From assembly GCA_965204755.1 (NCBI GenBank), contig OZ242011.1, positions 1,760,001 to 1,824,000 on the forward strand: a stretch of 64,000 nucleotides of DNA. The letters are read 5' to 3'. The translations under genes and the position numbers were made by a program. Numbering within the stretch: the first letter of the stretch is position 1; the number at the start of each line of letters is the position of its first letter. Of this stretch, positions 1 through 9,158 are shown in pieces. This stretch comes from Candidatus Marinacidobacterium sp. GTDB taxonomy: Bacteria > Acidobacteriota > Vicinamibacteria > Marinacidobacterales > Marinacidobacteraceae. A model generated the notes under the pieces. It saw only the letters and a program-made list of their open reading frames with translations, was not told the DNA's origin and made no database searches.

Positions 1-307
1 CGGAGTCGGTCACCGCCCGCTCGTAGGCGAAGGCGAGCGCGTAGCCGGCCTCGCCGGCCTCCGCCAACTCCGACATCCGCAGCGGGCGGCCGGCGACTTC
101 CTGCGCGTAGGAGACGCCGAGCGAGAACTGGTTCATCCCGAAGCCGTCGCCGATGAGCAGGATCACATTCCGGGCCCGGGGGGTCGGCGGGGCGCCGGAC
201 GAGCAGCCGACGGACGCGGCCCCGAGCGCCGCCGCGACGATCGTCCCGGCCATCGCGCCGGGGGCGCGGCGGAGTCTCCCTCCGCCGACAGCAGTCTTCG
301 ATTGCAC
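1..307 (-). CDS. phoA: Alkaline phosphatase (PhoA family), lipoprotein; 5' part only, runs off window start
   Basis: Manual translation: MQSKTAVGGG...AASVGC (lipobox-like)...ARNVILLIGDGFGMNQ...AVTDS (first metal Asp and catalytic Ser motifs); GAGGAGG RBS before GTG at 307. Confidence 0.85.
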   Translation of the reverse strand, partial: MQSKTAVGGGRLRRAPGAMAGTIVAAALGAASVGCSSGAPPTPRARNVILLIGDGFGMNQFSLGVSYAQEVAGRPLRMSELAEAGEAGYALAFAYERAVTDS

Positions 308-515
308 CGTTGCAGTCCTCCTCGTTCGTGGCCTTGCCGCGCCGGGGGGCGCCGGGCGCGGGAAAGGCTACTTCCGGCCGGCGGCGCGCACCAAGACCCG
401 GGGGCGGCGCCGCTGCGGCGGCGGGGGGTCAACCGCCGGAGTCCGCGGTCCGGAGACCGCCCGCGGCGAGCGTCGGCCGGACCCCGCCGCAGGCGCGGCC
501 GCCCCGAGATCGGGG

Positions 516-2315
516 GTGTCGTTTCTTGACCACCCCTCCGGTCAAGATTCCAGCGTCAACACCGACCCCGCCTCCGCCGTTCCGACCTCCTCCCCGCTCC
601 CCGTCGTGCCCGCTCCCCCTGATCGTTCCCGGACGGGCGCCACCGGCGACCGGGGCCCGGACGGCCGCCCGCGCTCGGCATCCTCGCTGTCCGTTCGCCT
701 GACCGCGCGGTTCTACCGGGCGCCCCACGCTGCCGGAACGACCGCCACGGCGCTCCAGTCCGGCCTGCTCACCGCGGCCGCGGCCATCGTCCTCGATGCC
801 GGGCCGGCGGCCGCCGCCGACTGGCTCTGGTGGATCCCTGTCTTCGCCCTCGTCTCGGCGATCCTGATGGCGCCGCTGACAGCGCTCTGGTTCTCGTCGG
901 GCCTGCTCCTGACCGCCGTGTCCGCGCGGCGGGGCGAGGCGGGCCGGTCCGCCGCCGAGAGCCCGCCGTTCCGGCGACTCGCGGAACACGGGAAGGCCCG
1001 CGTCCGCGCTCTGACCGCCTTCTGGCGAAAGGCCTACCGGGTGGCGGCCGGCCCGCTCCTCTCGCTCGGCGCCGCTTTCCTCGCCATGCCGTTGCTCGAC
1101 GCTGCCGCGTGGCCGGGAACGCCGGAAGCGCACCCCTTCACCGAGTCCGCGCCGGCGCTCCTCGCGCTGCCGCTCTTCGGATGGCCGGCCCTCGCCGCGG
1201 CGGTGCTGCTCGTTGCGACGGTTCTCGACCGGTGCGCCGGCGCAGCCGACGGGCCCCTGCGCGGAACCCTCCTCGACCGGGCGCGGCGGCGCCTCCCCCT
1301 CCTTGCGTTCACCCCGGCGCTGCTGTTCCTCGCCGCATGGGTCCTCCGGGGAAGCCCGTGGCCCGACGGTTTCAGTGGCCGGGTCTCCTGGCTCGCGGTC
1401 GGCGCCGCCGCAGCGCCGTGGATCGCGCTCGCAGCGCTCCCGGCGCTCGGCGCGGCCCTGCTCCTCGGCTGGCTGCTCCTGGCGGCGGGCGACGGTCTGC
1501 TCCGCTTCGGGAAGCGCGCCGCGGGGCGGCGCGACGAAGGTTCCCGGCGAACGAGTGCGGCGCCGGGCAAACCCTTCCGGGCGTGGGCCGCTCCTTTCCT
1601 CGAAGGTGACCCGCACCTGCAGGCGACCCTCACCCTCGCCGCCTCCTGCCTGCTCGTCGCGTTGCTGGGCGCGACCTTCGACCTCTGGCCGTCGGACTAC
1701 GCGCACTGGTTCTGGGCGATCCCGTTCGCCGGGTTGCTGGCGGCGGGTGTCTGTTTCCCGTTGATGACGGCGACCGGGTGCGCCGTCGGGCTTCTCCTGA
1801 CCCTCGTGGACGCCGGGCGCGGCCTGGCGACGCGGCGCCCCGCGGATGAATCCCCGCCCTCCCGACCCCCTGCCCCGACGCGCGAACACTTCCGGCTGCT
1901 GCGCGCGGCGAGCCGGGCGCGGTCCCGCGCGACTCGCGAGTCGAGCGCCGCGATCGGCCTTTTCGGGGCAGCGCTGCTCGCCCTCGGCGGGACGACCAGT
2001 TTCGCGATCTTCTCCTTTCGGGCGGTGCGGACTTCCGACCCGGCCCTTTCCCCGGGGGGCGCCGTCGCGCTGACGGCCATCCTGCTCGTCGTCCTGTTCC
2101 TGCTCCTCGTCATGGCGTTCGTCGCGATGAAGACCGCCATGGATCTCATCGAGCGTCTCGGCCGCCGACCGGCGATGCCTCGAGAGCCCGCCGGCGCGCC
2201 GCGACGCAGCCCTGCCGATCGGGACTTCAGGTTCGACTGCGATCCGCGAAGAGATGCCAAACCCAACTGGGTTCCAGTCCTGGAACCGGACAAGACGCCC
2301 GAGATCAAGAGATGA
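516..2315 (+). CDS. Hypothetical multi-pass membrane protein with internal duplication; start uncertain
   Basis: Many hydrophobic segments in ORF 153..2315; the ORF's N-terminal part overlaps phoA so the start was moved to GTG 516; stop overlaps next ATG. Confidence 0.6.
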   Translation: MSFLDHPSGQDSSVNTDPASAVPTSSPLPVVPAPPDRSRTGATGDRGPDGRPRSASSLSVRLTARFYRAPHAAGTTATALQSGLLTAAAAIVLDAGPAAAADWLWWIPVFALVSAILMAPLTALWFSSGLLLTAVSARRGEAGRSAAESPPFRRLAEHGKARVRALTAFWRKAYRVAAGPLLSLGAAFLAMPLLDAAAWPGTPEAHPFTESAPALLALPLFGWPALAAAVLLVATVLDRCAGAADGPLRGTLLDRARRRLPLLAFTPALLFLAAWVLRGSPWPDGFSGRVSWLAVGAAAAPWIALAALPALGAALLLGWLLLAAGDGLLRFGKRAAGRRDEGSRRTSAAPGKPFRAWAAPFLEGDPHLQATLTLAASCLLVALLGATFDLWPSDYAHWFWAIPFAGLLAAGVCFPLMTATGCAVGLLLTLVDAGRGLATRRPADESPPSRPPAPTREHFRLLRAASRARSRATRESSAAIGLFGAALLALGGTTSFAIFSFRAVRTSDPALSPGGAVALTAILLVVLFLLLVMAFVAMKTAMDLIERLGRRPAMPREPAGAPRRSPADRDFRFDCDPRRDAKPNWVPVLEPDKTPEIKR

Positions 2316-4699
2316 CCGAGCGGAACCGCTACCGAGACACGCCGCTCCATTTTGCGGCGCGCAGCGAGCCGGATCCGGACAGACTCGAAGCGCTCCTCGC
2401 CGCCGGCGCGGAACTCGACGCCCGGAACTACAACGAAATGCGGACGCCACTCCATGAAGCGGTGGAGCACAACCCGAACCCGGAAGTCGCCAAAGCGCTG
2501 ATCAACGCCGGCGCCGATGTGGATGCGACAACGGGCGGGGAACGGGACTGGACGCCGCTCACGATCGCCGTGCACAAAGATCGCCGGGAACTCGTGGATG
2601 CGCTCTTGGAGGCCGGCGCTGATCTCGAAGCGCCGCGCTCGGAGACCCGGCCGCTGCATCTCGCTGCGCATCTGGACGATCCGTCCATGGCGTTGGCCCT
2701 CCTCGCGGCGGGGGCGGACCCGGAGGTGTCGGATGTGGACGAGGACACGAGACCGATCCATGACGCGGCGCGCGCCGGAAACGCCGCCATCCTCGAAGTG
2801 TTGCTGGAGGCCGGCGCGTCTCCCACGGCCATGGAGTCGGACGGGGATACGCCCTTGCTCCTGGCGGCCCAGTCGAATCGAACGCCGGAGGTGATCGAAC
2901 TCCTGACGGCGGCCGGCGCCGATCTCGAAGCCGGCTGGCCGGACACACCGCTTCTCCGGGCGGCGAGATGGAACCCGAATGTGGCCGTGGTCCAGAGGTT
3001 GATCGCGTTGGGCGCCGATGTCCACGCGCGGGATGAAGACGGCGCCGGCGTCCTTCACCGCGCCGTCGAACCGCTGACCGTATCCACCGCTTGCGGGCGA
3101 AAGTCGCCATCTCCGGAAGTCGTGGAAGCCTTGCTCGTGGCCGGCGCCGACCCCCACGCCAGAAATCATGAGGGGCGACTTCCGTCGGAACTGGTGGCCC
3201 CTGACTCGGAGATCTATCGCCGACTCCACCGAGCGGAACAGAAGCCCCAGGCGCCGTTCGCGCGGCGAAGACAGCGAGAGGTGGAGTTCTTCCATGCCGT
3301 GGGACATCAGAAGAATCCGGAGGTGATCCGGCGCCGGCTCGGGGCGGGGGTGGAGGCAGACGCCAGGAACCGGGAAGGGGAAACCGCGCTGCACATCGCG
3401 GCGAGGCGAAACCCGAACCCTGCCGTGCTCCGAGTCCTGCTCGACGCCGGGGCCGACATCGAAGTCCGCTCGGAACCGGAAGGAGACACGCCGTTGCACC
3501 GGGCGGTCTCAGGAAATGACAACCGCGAGGTGGCGGAATTCCTTCTCGGGAGCGGCGCCGACCCCAATGCGACGAACGACCGCGGGGAGACTCCGATGCA
3601 CCATCTCGCGTTCCGGTCGTTCCTGTCATCCCGGGCGGCGGAAGAACTGGTCGCCCCCCTGCTCGACGCCGGCGCCGACATCGATGCGCAGAACCCCGAA
3701 GGAGCGACGCCGCTGGGCTTGGCCGCGCGGTGGTCGGACGACCTGGCGGCGAAACTCCTCGCCGCCGGAGCGGATTCCCTTCGCCCGAGGGAGTTCTCCC
3801 TGCTGCACCGGGCAGCGCAGAGTGGGACTCGCCGCACGGTCGAGATGCTGCTGAACGCCGGCGTGCCCGTGGACATCGAGGCCGACGACGGCAGGACGCC
3901 GCTCGCTGTCGCCGCCGCAGACTGTACCGACTCCAAGATCGAGGTCGTCGAGGCGCTGTTGGCGGCCGGCGCCGGTGTCCACCGGCAGACGAAATCGGGG
4001 GAGACACCCCTGCACATTGCGGCTGCCCACCACGCCGTGCCGCCCGTGATCGAGATGCTGATCGCAGCCGGCGCGGACCTCGGAGCGCGAAATGACAAGG
4101 GGGAGACGCCGATGCACCTCGCCGCGACCGAGCCCGAGCACCCCGCGCTGCTCTCGGCGTTGATCGAAGCGGGCGCCGAGGTGGATGCTGTCGACGAGAG
4201 CGGGAGGACACCGCTCATGATTGCCGCGCGCCACCGATATGGACGCCCGTCCGTCGAGGCGCTGCTGGCCGCCGGGGCGGCAGTGGACATCCGGGACCTT
4301 CGGGGGAGGACGGCGCTGGGCGAAGCCGCTGAACGCAGTGCTGACTCGGAGATCCTGCGGGCGCTGCTGGCCGCCGGAGCGGATGCCGCGGCGTCGGACG
4401 AGCGCGGCCGGACGCCGCTCCACTGCGCGGCCAAGTCCAACGGGAACCCGGCTGTCGTCGGGGCCCTGCTGACCGCCGGCGCCGACCCGGCGGCGCGCAC
4501 CCCCGAACGGGACACGCCGCTGCATCTCGCGGCGGAATTCGGACGGGCGCCCGGCGTGGTCGCGATGCTGCTCCGCCACCACGCCGACCCAAACGCCCGT
4601 GACGGGCGAGGCCGGCGCCCTTACGACCTCGCCAAGCGGAACGAGAACCTATGTCGCACTCCGGTCCTCCGGCGCCTCCGACCGGAGACCCCGACCTGA
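2312..4699 (+). CDS. Ankyrin-repeat protein (~21 repeats)
   Basis: Repeated GxTPLHxAA...LLxAGAD units across 795 aa. Confidence 0.95.
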   Translation: MTERNRYRDTPLHFAARSEPDPDRLEALLAAGAELDARNYNEMRTPLHEAVEHNPNPEVAKALINAGADVDATTGGERDWTPLTIAVHKDRRELVDALLEAGADLEAPRSETRPLHLAAHLDDPSMALALLAAGADPEVSDVDEDTRPIHDAARAGNAAILEVLLEAGASPTAMESDGDTPLLLAAQSNRTPEVIELLTAAGADLEAGWPDTPLLRAARWNPNVAVVQRLIALGADVHARDEDGAGVLHRAVEPLTVSTACGRKSPSPEVVEALLVAGADPHARNHEGRLPSELVAPDSEIYRRLHRAEQKPQAPFARRRQREVEFFHAVGHQKNPEVIRRRLGAGVEADARNREGETALHIAARRNPNPAVLRVLLDAGADIEVRSEPEGDTPLHRAVSGNDNREVAEFLLGSGADPNATNDRGETPMHHLAFRSFLSSRAAEELVAPLLDAGADIDAQNPEGATPLGLAARWSDDLAAKLLAAGADSLRPREFSLLHRAAQSGTRRTVEMLLNAGVPVDIEADDGRTPLAVAAADCTDSKIEVVEALLAAGAGVHRQTKSGETPLHIAAAHHAVPPVIEMLIAAGADLGARNDKGETPMHLAATEPEHPALLSALIEAGAEVDAVDESGRTPLMIAARHRYGRPSVEALLAAGAAVDIRDLRGRTALGEAAERSADSEILRALLAAGADAAASDERGRTPLHCAAKSNGNPAVVGALLTAGADPAARTPERDTPLHLAAEFGRAPGVVAMLLRHHADPNARDGRGRRPYDLAKRNENLCRTPVLRRLRPETPT

Positions 4700-4747
4700 G
4701 AAAGCGAAGGGCTCCGGGAGGAACCCCGACCGGGCCGGCGGACGCCG

Positions 4748-5299
4748 TTACTGCGGCGGGCGGGTCAGCGCGGTGTAGTTCTCGCGGCAGAACCTCTCGA
4801 GTTCTTCCGCGAGGTGGTTGCCGGCGTTCCGCAGGCTCGTGCCGATCTCCCGCTGGTCGAGACCGGTGAGGGAGCGGGTCGTCTCGCCGATGGCGGCGAC
4901 GGCGTCCACGAAGTGGAATTCGACGATCTCGTGCCGCTCGGACAACACCATCCCCTGGCGCACGAGGACGCCGCCCTGCTTGGGTACGTACTCGGAAACC
5001 GTGCGGTAGTTCGTGACCCGCACGGTTACGGCCGCTTCTTCGCGGGTGGGAACCGCATGGAACCAGCGGCGGCGGCGGGAGATGCCCCGCTCCACCTCCT
5101 CCACCGCTTTCGCCAGCCGCGGGCGCAATTCGTCGTCCTCGGTCGGGACGGCGTCCACGAAGACCGGGAACGGGCGGGGCGGGCGGTCGGGAACCGACTG
5201 GGCGGGAGCGGACTGCGCGGCAGGCCCGGCCGCCGCGAGCGATGCGGCGAGCAGGAAGGCGCCGGCCGGAAGCCGAACGAGGGCGGGAAGGGCCTTCAT
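4748..5299 (-). CDS. Secreted hypothetical protein, paralog 3 of tandem triplet
   Basis: MKALPALVR... signal peptide; PVFV, RRRRWF and CRENY motifs; ATGA overlap with upstream paralog. Confidence 0.8.
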   Translation of the reverse strand: MKALPALVRLPAGAFLLAASLAAAGPAAQSAPAQSVPDRPPRPFPVFVDAVPTEDDELRPRLAKAVEEVERGISRRRRWFHAVPTREEAAVTVRVTNYRTVSEYVPKQGGVLVRQGMVLSERHEIVEFHFVDAVAAIGETTRSLTGLDQREIGTSLRNAGNHLAEELERFCRENYTALTRPPQ

Positions 5300-5844
5300 C
5301 GCTCGGCGGGCGGAGGCGAGTCCCCGGTCAACTCGTCGTAGTTCTCCCGGCAGAAATCCTCGAGTTCCTCGGCCAGGTTCTCGCTCGCGTTCCGGAGGCT
5401 GGAGCCGGTCTCCCGCTCGTCGAGCCCGGACAGGCCGCGCGTAACCGCGCCGATGCCGGCGACGGCATCCACATAGTGGAATTCCAGGATCTCGCTGCCC
5501 TCCACCATGACCACCCGGCCGTTGAGGATCTGCTTCCCGATCTTCGGGATCACTTCCGCGGCTGTCCGGTAGTTCGTGACCCGCAGGGTGGCCGCCGCCT
5601 CGTCCCGGGAGTCGACGACCCGGAACCAGCGGCGGCGGCGGGCGACGCGCTTCGCGACCTCGGAGACCGCCTTCGCCAGGAGTGGCCGGAGTTCGGGGTC
5701 GTCGGTCTCCAGCGCCTCCACGAAGACCGGAATCGGCGCCGGCGGCCGGTCGGGCGCCGACTGCGCGGCGGCGAACCCCGGGACGAGCGCGAGGCCCGCC
5801 AGGAGCGCCGCGCGGCGTCCGGGAGTCCTTCGCCGACGGTTCAT
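5296..5844 (-). CDS. Secreted hypothetical protein, paralog 2 of tandem triplet
   Basis: MNRRRRTPG...AAA|Q signal peptide; same motifs as neighbours. Confidence 0.8.
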   Translation of the reverse strand: MNRRRRTPGRRAALLAGLALVPGFAAAQSAPDRPPAPIPVFVEALETDDPELRPLLAKAVSEVAKRVARRRRWFRVVDSRDEAAATLRVTNYRTAAEVIPKIGKQILNGRVVMVEGSEILEFHYVDAVAGIGAVTRGLSGLDERETGSSLRNASENLAEELEDFCRENYDELTGDSPPPAER

Positions 5845-5858
5845 GGGGCCGCCCTCGC

Positions 5859-6446
5859 CTACCGGGGCGAAGGAGGCGGCGAGGCCGAAGCCGAGACCAG
5901 CGCCTCGTAGTTCTCCCGCGCGAATTCTTCCAGCGCTTCCGCGAGGTCGTCGGCGGCATCCCTCAGCCGCGTGGGCGCCTCCCGCGCCCTGCTCCCGTAG
6001 AAACTCCGTCGGATGCTCCCGACGGTGAACACCGCGTCCACATTGTGGATTTCGACGATCTGCTGGCTTTCCATCATCGACGCCGATCCCCGTCCCGAAC
6101 TCTGCTGGGTCAAGCGGGGAGCGATCGCGGTCCCGACGGCGTAGCGGACGACCTCGAGCGTCACCGCCGCTTCCTCCGGGTCGGCGGCGATCCGGAACCA
6201 CCGCCGGCGGCGGGCGATGCGGTCGGAAGCCTCGGCGGCGGCCGCTTCGAGTTGCGCCCGGAGATCGGCGTCGGCCGTTTCCGCCGCCCTTACGAAGACC
6301 GCGAAGGGAGTCTCCGGCTGGGCGGGCGCCGCCGCGGCGAGCGCGGCGGCGAACGCGGCGATGACCATGGCGGCCGCGGCCGGCAGGCCGGCGGCGGACG
6401 AGGCGCGGGACGACCGCGGCTCCGACTGTCGGTGAGGTCCTCTCAT
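5859..6446 (-). CDS. Secreted hypothetical protein, paralog 1 of tandem triplet
   Basis: Ala-rich signal; AVFV, RRRRWF and ARENY motifs; ATGA overlap with thiI stop. Confidence 0.8.
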   Translation of the reverse strand: MRGPHRQSEPRSSRASSAAGLPAAAAMVIAAFAAALAAAAPAQPETPFAVFVRAAETADADLRAQLEAAAAEASDRIARRRRWFRIAADPEEAAVTLEVVRYAVGTAIAPRLTQQSSGRGSASMMESQQIVEIHNVDAVFTVGSIRRSFYGSRAREAPTRLRDAADDLAEALEEFARENYEALVSASASPPPSPR

Positions 6447-7855
6447 GACGCCTTTCCCGCCGGCTCCGCGAATCGTTCCGCCGCCGGCGCGTTCTCCATC
6501 GTAACCCGGCGCCCGAAATCCGGCGGCGCGAACGGAACGGTGACCTCCCCGCCGTCCACCACGCCGAGCAGCGAGTCCCCGAGCGAGTCCTCCACGAGCG
6601 CCTCCGAATCGGCGATCAGGCGGCTCTCCTCCGCCGCCACCCGCCGGGGCTCGGAGCGGGTCCGGGGGGAGCCGGCGATCAGCGCGCAGCAGTCCTTGGC
6701 CGGGACTTCCGAGATGGAATGGCTGCCGATGCGCCGGGCCTGCTCCATGATCGCCGACTTGGACATCCCGATCAGGGGCCGGAACACCGGCAGCGAGACC
6801 GCCGCGTCCGCGCTGACCAGGTTCTCGAGGGTCTGGGACGCCACTTGGGAGAGGCTGTCCCCGGTCACCAGGCCGGCGGCGCCGAACCGGGCGGCGGCGG
6901 ACTCGGCGCAGCGCAGCGCGAAGCGGCGGAACAGCAGCGCCGCGTAGCCACGGCCCCGGCCGGTGAGCGCGAAGTCGAACCGGGTGTAGGGGACGAGCAG
7001 CAGCCGGGAGCGGCCGGTGTAGCGGGAAAGGACGCGGGCCAGGCGAATCGCCTTCGCCGAAGCCGGGTCCTCCGGGTCGGGGCGGGCCGGGGTGAGGTGG
7101 ACGAAGTCGAGCGACGCGCCCCGGCCGGCCATCATCCAGGAGGCGACCGGCGAGTCGAAGCCGCCGGAGAGGAGGGCGGTCAGCCGCCCGGCGGCGCCCA
7201 CCGGCAGCCCGCCCGGCCCCCGCACCCGGCGGGTCCACCAGTACACCCCGTCCTCGTGGGCCTCGACGAAGACGGTGGACGCCGGGCGGCTCAGGTCCAC
7301 CCGGCGCCAGTCGGTGCGGTCGAGAACGGCGCGGCCGGCGGCTGCGGCGATCTCCTGCGAGCGGAAGGGGAACTGTTTGTTGCGGCGGCGCACATCGAGC
7401 GCGAAGCCCGCTTCGGGGGCCGGCGGCGATTCGGTGAGCGCGACCGTGATGTCCACCAGGCGGGCGAGCAGTCCCGGCGCCGCCGGCCCCTTCCAGCCGT
7501 CCGGCTGCGGCAGGACCCAGGCCGGAAGCGCCAGTTCCACCCCGAAGACGGTGCGGATGGCGGCGAGGCCCCGGTCGAGGTCCTCGGCGGTCGCGTCCGT
7601 CGGCTCGAACCAGATCCGGTCCCCCTGCGAGCGCGCGGCCCACCGGAGGCCGATGCCCTTGAGCCGCCGGCCGAGGTTCCGCTTCAGCGCCTCCCGGAAA
7701 GAGGGGCGGTTCCGGCCCTTGATCCGGATCTCCGGCGAGCGGATGAGCACCCGGCGAACGAGGCCCTCCGCCGGAGGCGCGTCGGGGGTCGCCGGCGGGG
7801 CGTCGGGAATCGCCGGGGGCGGCGCCTCGGGCCGGGCGGCGAGGACGGGGACCAT
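6443..7855 (-). CDS. thiI: tRNA 4-thiouridine synthase ThiI (THUMP + PP-loop, no rhodanese domain)
   Basis: EIRIKGRNR, GGLPVG, LLSGGFDSPVA, TGDSLSQVASQTLENL, RPLIG, DCC. Confidence 0.92.
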   Translation of the reverse strand: MVPVLAARPEAPPPAIPDAPPATPDAPPAEGLVRRVLIRSPEIRIKGRNRPSFREALKRNLGRRLKGIGLRWAARSQGDRIWFEPTDATAEDLDRGLAAIRTVFGVELALPAWVLPQPDGWKGPAAPGLLARLVDITVALTESPPAPEAGFALDVRRRNKQFPFRSQEIAAAAGRAVLDRTDWRRVDLSRPASTVFVEAHEDGVYWWTRRVRGPGGLPVGAAGRLTALLSGGFDSPVASWMMAGRGASLDFVHLTPARPDPEDPASAKAIRLARVLSRYTGRSRLLLVPYTRFDFALTGRGRGYAALLFRRFALRCAESAAARFGAAGLVTGDSLSQVASQTLENLVSADAAVSLPVFRPLIGMSKSAIMEQARRIGSHSISEVPAKDCCALIAGSPRTRSEPRRVAAEESRLIADSEALVEDSLGDSLLGVVDGGEVTVPFAPPDFGRRVTMENAPAAERFAEPAGKAS

Positions 7856-7880
7856 GTTCTCGGGAGCGCCCTCCGATCGG

Positions 7881-7954
<74 letters not shown>

Positions 7955-8030
7955 AGCCGGTCGGAATGCATCTCCCGCATTCGTCCGCCCGACTCGCCGA
8001 AGCGGTCGCGCGGAACGCGGGACGGGAGGC

Positions 8031-8107
8031 TGGTACGCCTGAGAGGACTCGAACCTCTGACTTCTTGCTCCGGAGGCAAGCGCTCTAATCCGCTGAGCTA
8101 CAGGCGC
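8031..8107 (-). tRNA. tRNA-Arg(CCG)
   Basis: GCGCCTGTAGCTCAGCGGATTAGAGCGCTTGCCTCCGGAGCAAG...GGTTCGAGTCC...GGCGTACCA. Confidence 0.95.
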
Positions 8108-8183
8108 TCCCAGCACGCCGGAAAACACGCCGGAAAAGGGTTGCGAAGCCTAGCAGCCCGGCGCCGCCGGGAGCCGGCGGCCG

Positions 8184-9158
8184 TCAGCGCCCCGCGAGGC
8201 GGCGCAGGAGGAAGGGCCGGAGGGCCGGGGTCGGCGCGCGGCACCAGATGACCGCATGGCCGGCGTCCTCCGGGGCCTCCGGTTCGAGCCGGACGAGCCA
8301 CGGCTTGGTCGGCCCCTCGTCCTGCGGCGTGTCCGCCGGGCCCGGCCGGACGGCGACGCGCGCGGGGTCGCAGACCAGGTGTTCCGGCGCGATCAGCCGG
8401 GTGAGGGCGAAGGAGTCGAACGGGTAGGTCGCCCGGCGGGAAGTGTGCTCCTCGAACCAGTCGAGATAGTCCTCCACCGGCCCGCTGAAGGTCTCCCCGA
8501 ACGGGGTGTCCCGGAGCGGCGCCCAGTCTTCCGCCGTGATCGGGACCGAGGCGGCGAGTTCGAACGGGACCAGGGTGATCGGGGCGCCGCCGGCGAGGAC
8601 GGTTTCGACCGCCGCCGGGTCGAGTTCGAAGTTGAAGTCGGGCAGGTTCGGGCCGCCGCCGGGGAAGACCAGCGGGCCTTCCGCGCGGCGGCCGACCACC
8701 AGCACCACCGACTCCAGCCGGGAGGCGAGCGCCGGGCGATCCCGCAGCGCGGCGGCGAGATTCGTGGCCGGCCCGAGGACCGCGACCGAGAGCGGGCCGG
8801 CTTCCAAGGCCTCCGCGAGCGCCCGGGAGGCCGGCGTGGGCTCGAACGACGGCGCCGCCGCGCCGGAATGGACTTCGAGCCCCGGCGGCCCGAACCGGGC
8901 GGCGATCTCCCGGGCGATCGGGACGCCCCGGTCGAGCGGCGCGTTCCCGAAGACGACGCTGACGCCGACGACCGAGACCTCCGGCGAGGCGAAGGCGAGG
9001 ACCATCGCGATCCCGTCGTCGGGCTCGTGGCCGCCCCGCATCACCGCCGGATCCACATCCAGCCACACCCGCCTCGGCGCGGCCGGCTGCCCGCCGGCGG
9101 GAAGCGCGCCGGAGAGGGCGAGCGCCGCCGGGAGGAAGACCCCGGCGGCGCGGATCAA
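8184..9158 (-). CDS. Nucleoside hydrolase (IU-NH family) with signal peptide
   Basis: VWLDVDP...EPDD, VSVVFGN, LGPATNLA, DFNFELDP, PFD; TTG start overlapping upstream TGA. Confidence 0.85.
   Translation of the reverse strand: MIRAAGVFLPAALALSGALPAGGQPAAPRRVWLDVDPAVMRGGHEPDDGIAMVLAFASPEVSVVGVSVVFGNAPLDRGVPIAREIAARFGPPGLEVHSGAAAPSFEPTPASRALAEALEAGPLSVAVLGPATNLAAALRDRPALASRLESVVLVVGRRAEGPLVFPGGGPNLPDFNFELDPAAVETVLAGGAPITLVPFELAASVPITAEDWAPLRDTPFGETFSGPVEDYLDWFEEHTSRRATYPFDSFALTRLIAPEHLVCDPARVAVRPGPADTPQDEGPTKPWLVRLEPEAPEDAGHAVIWCRAPTPALRPFLLRRLAGR

Noticed and set aside
308-515. Possible riboswitch in the phoA leader
   Set aside because: Only GC-rich imperfect pairing; no conserved riboswitch motifs recognised.
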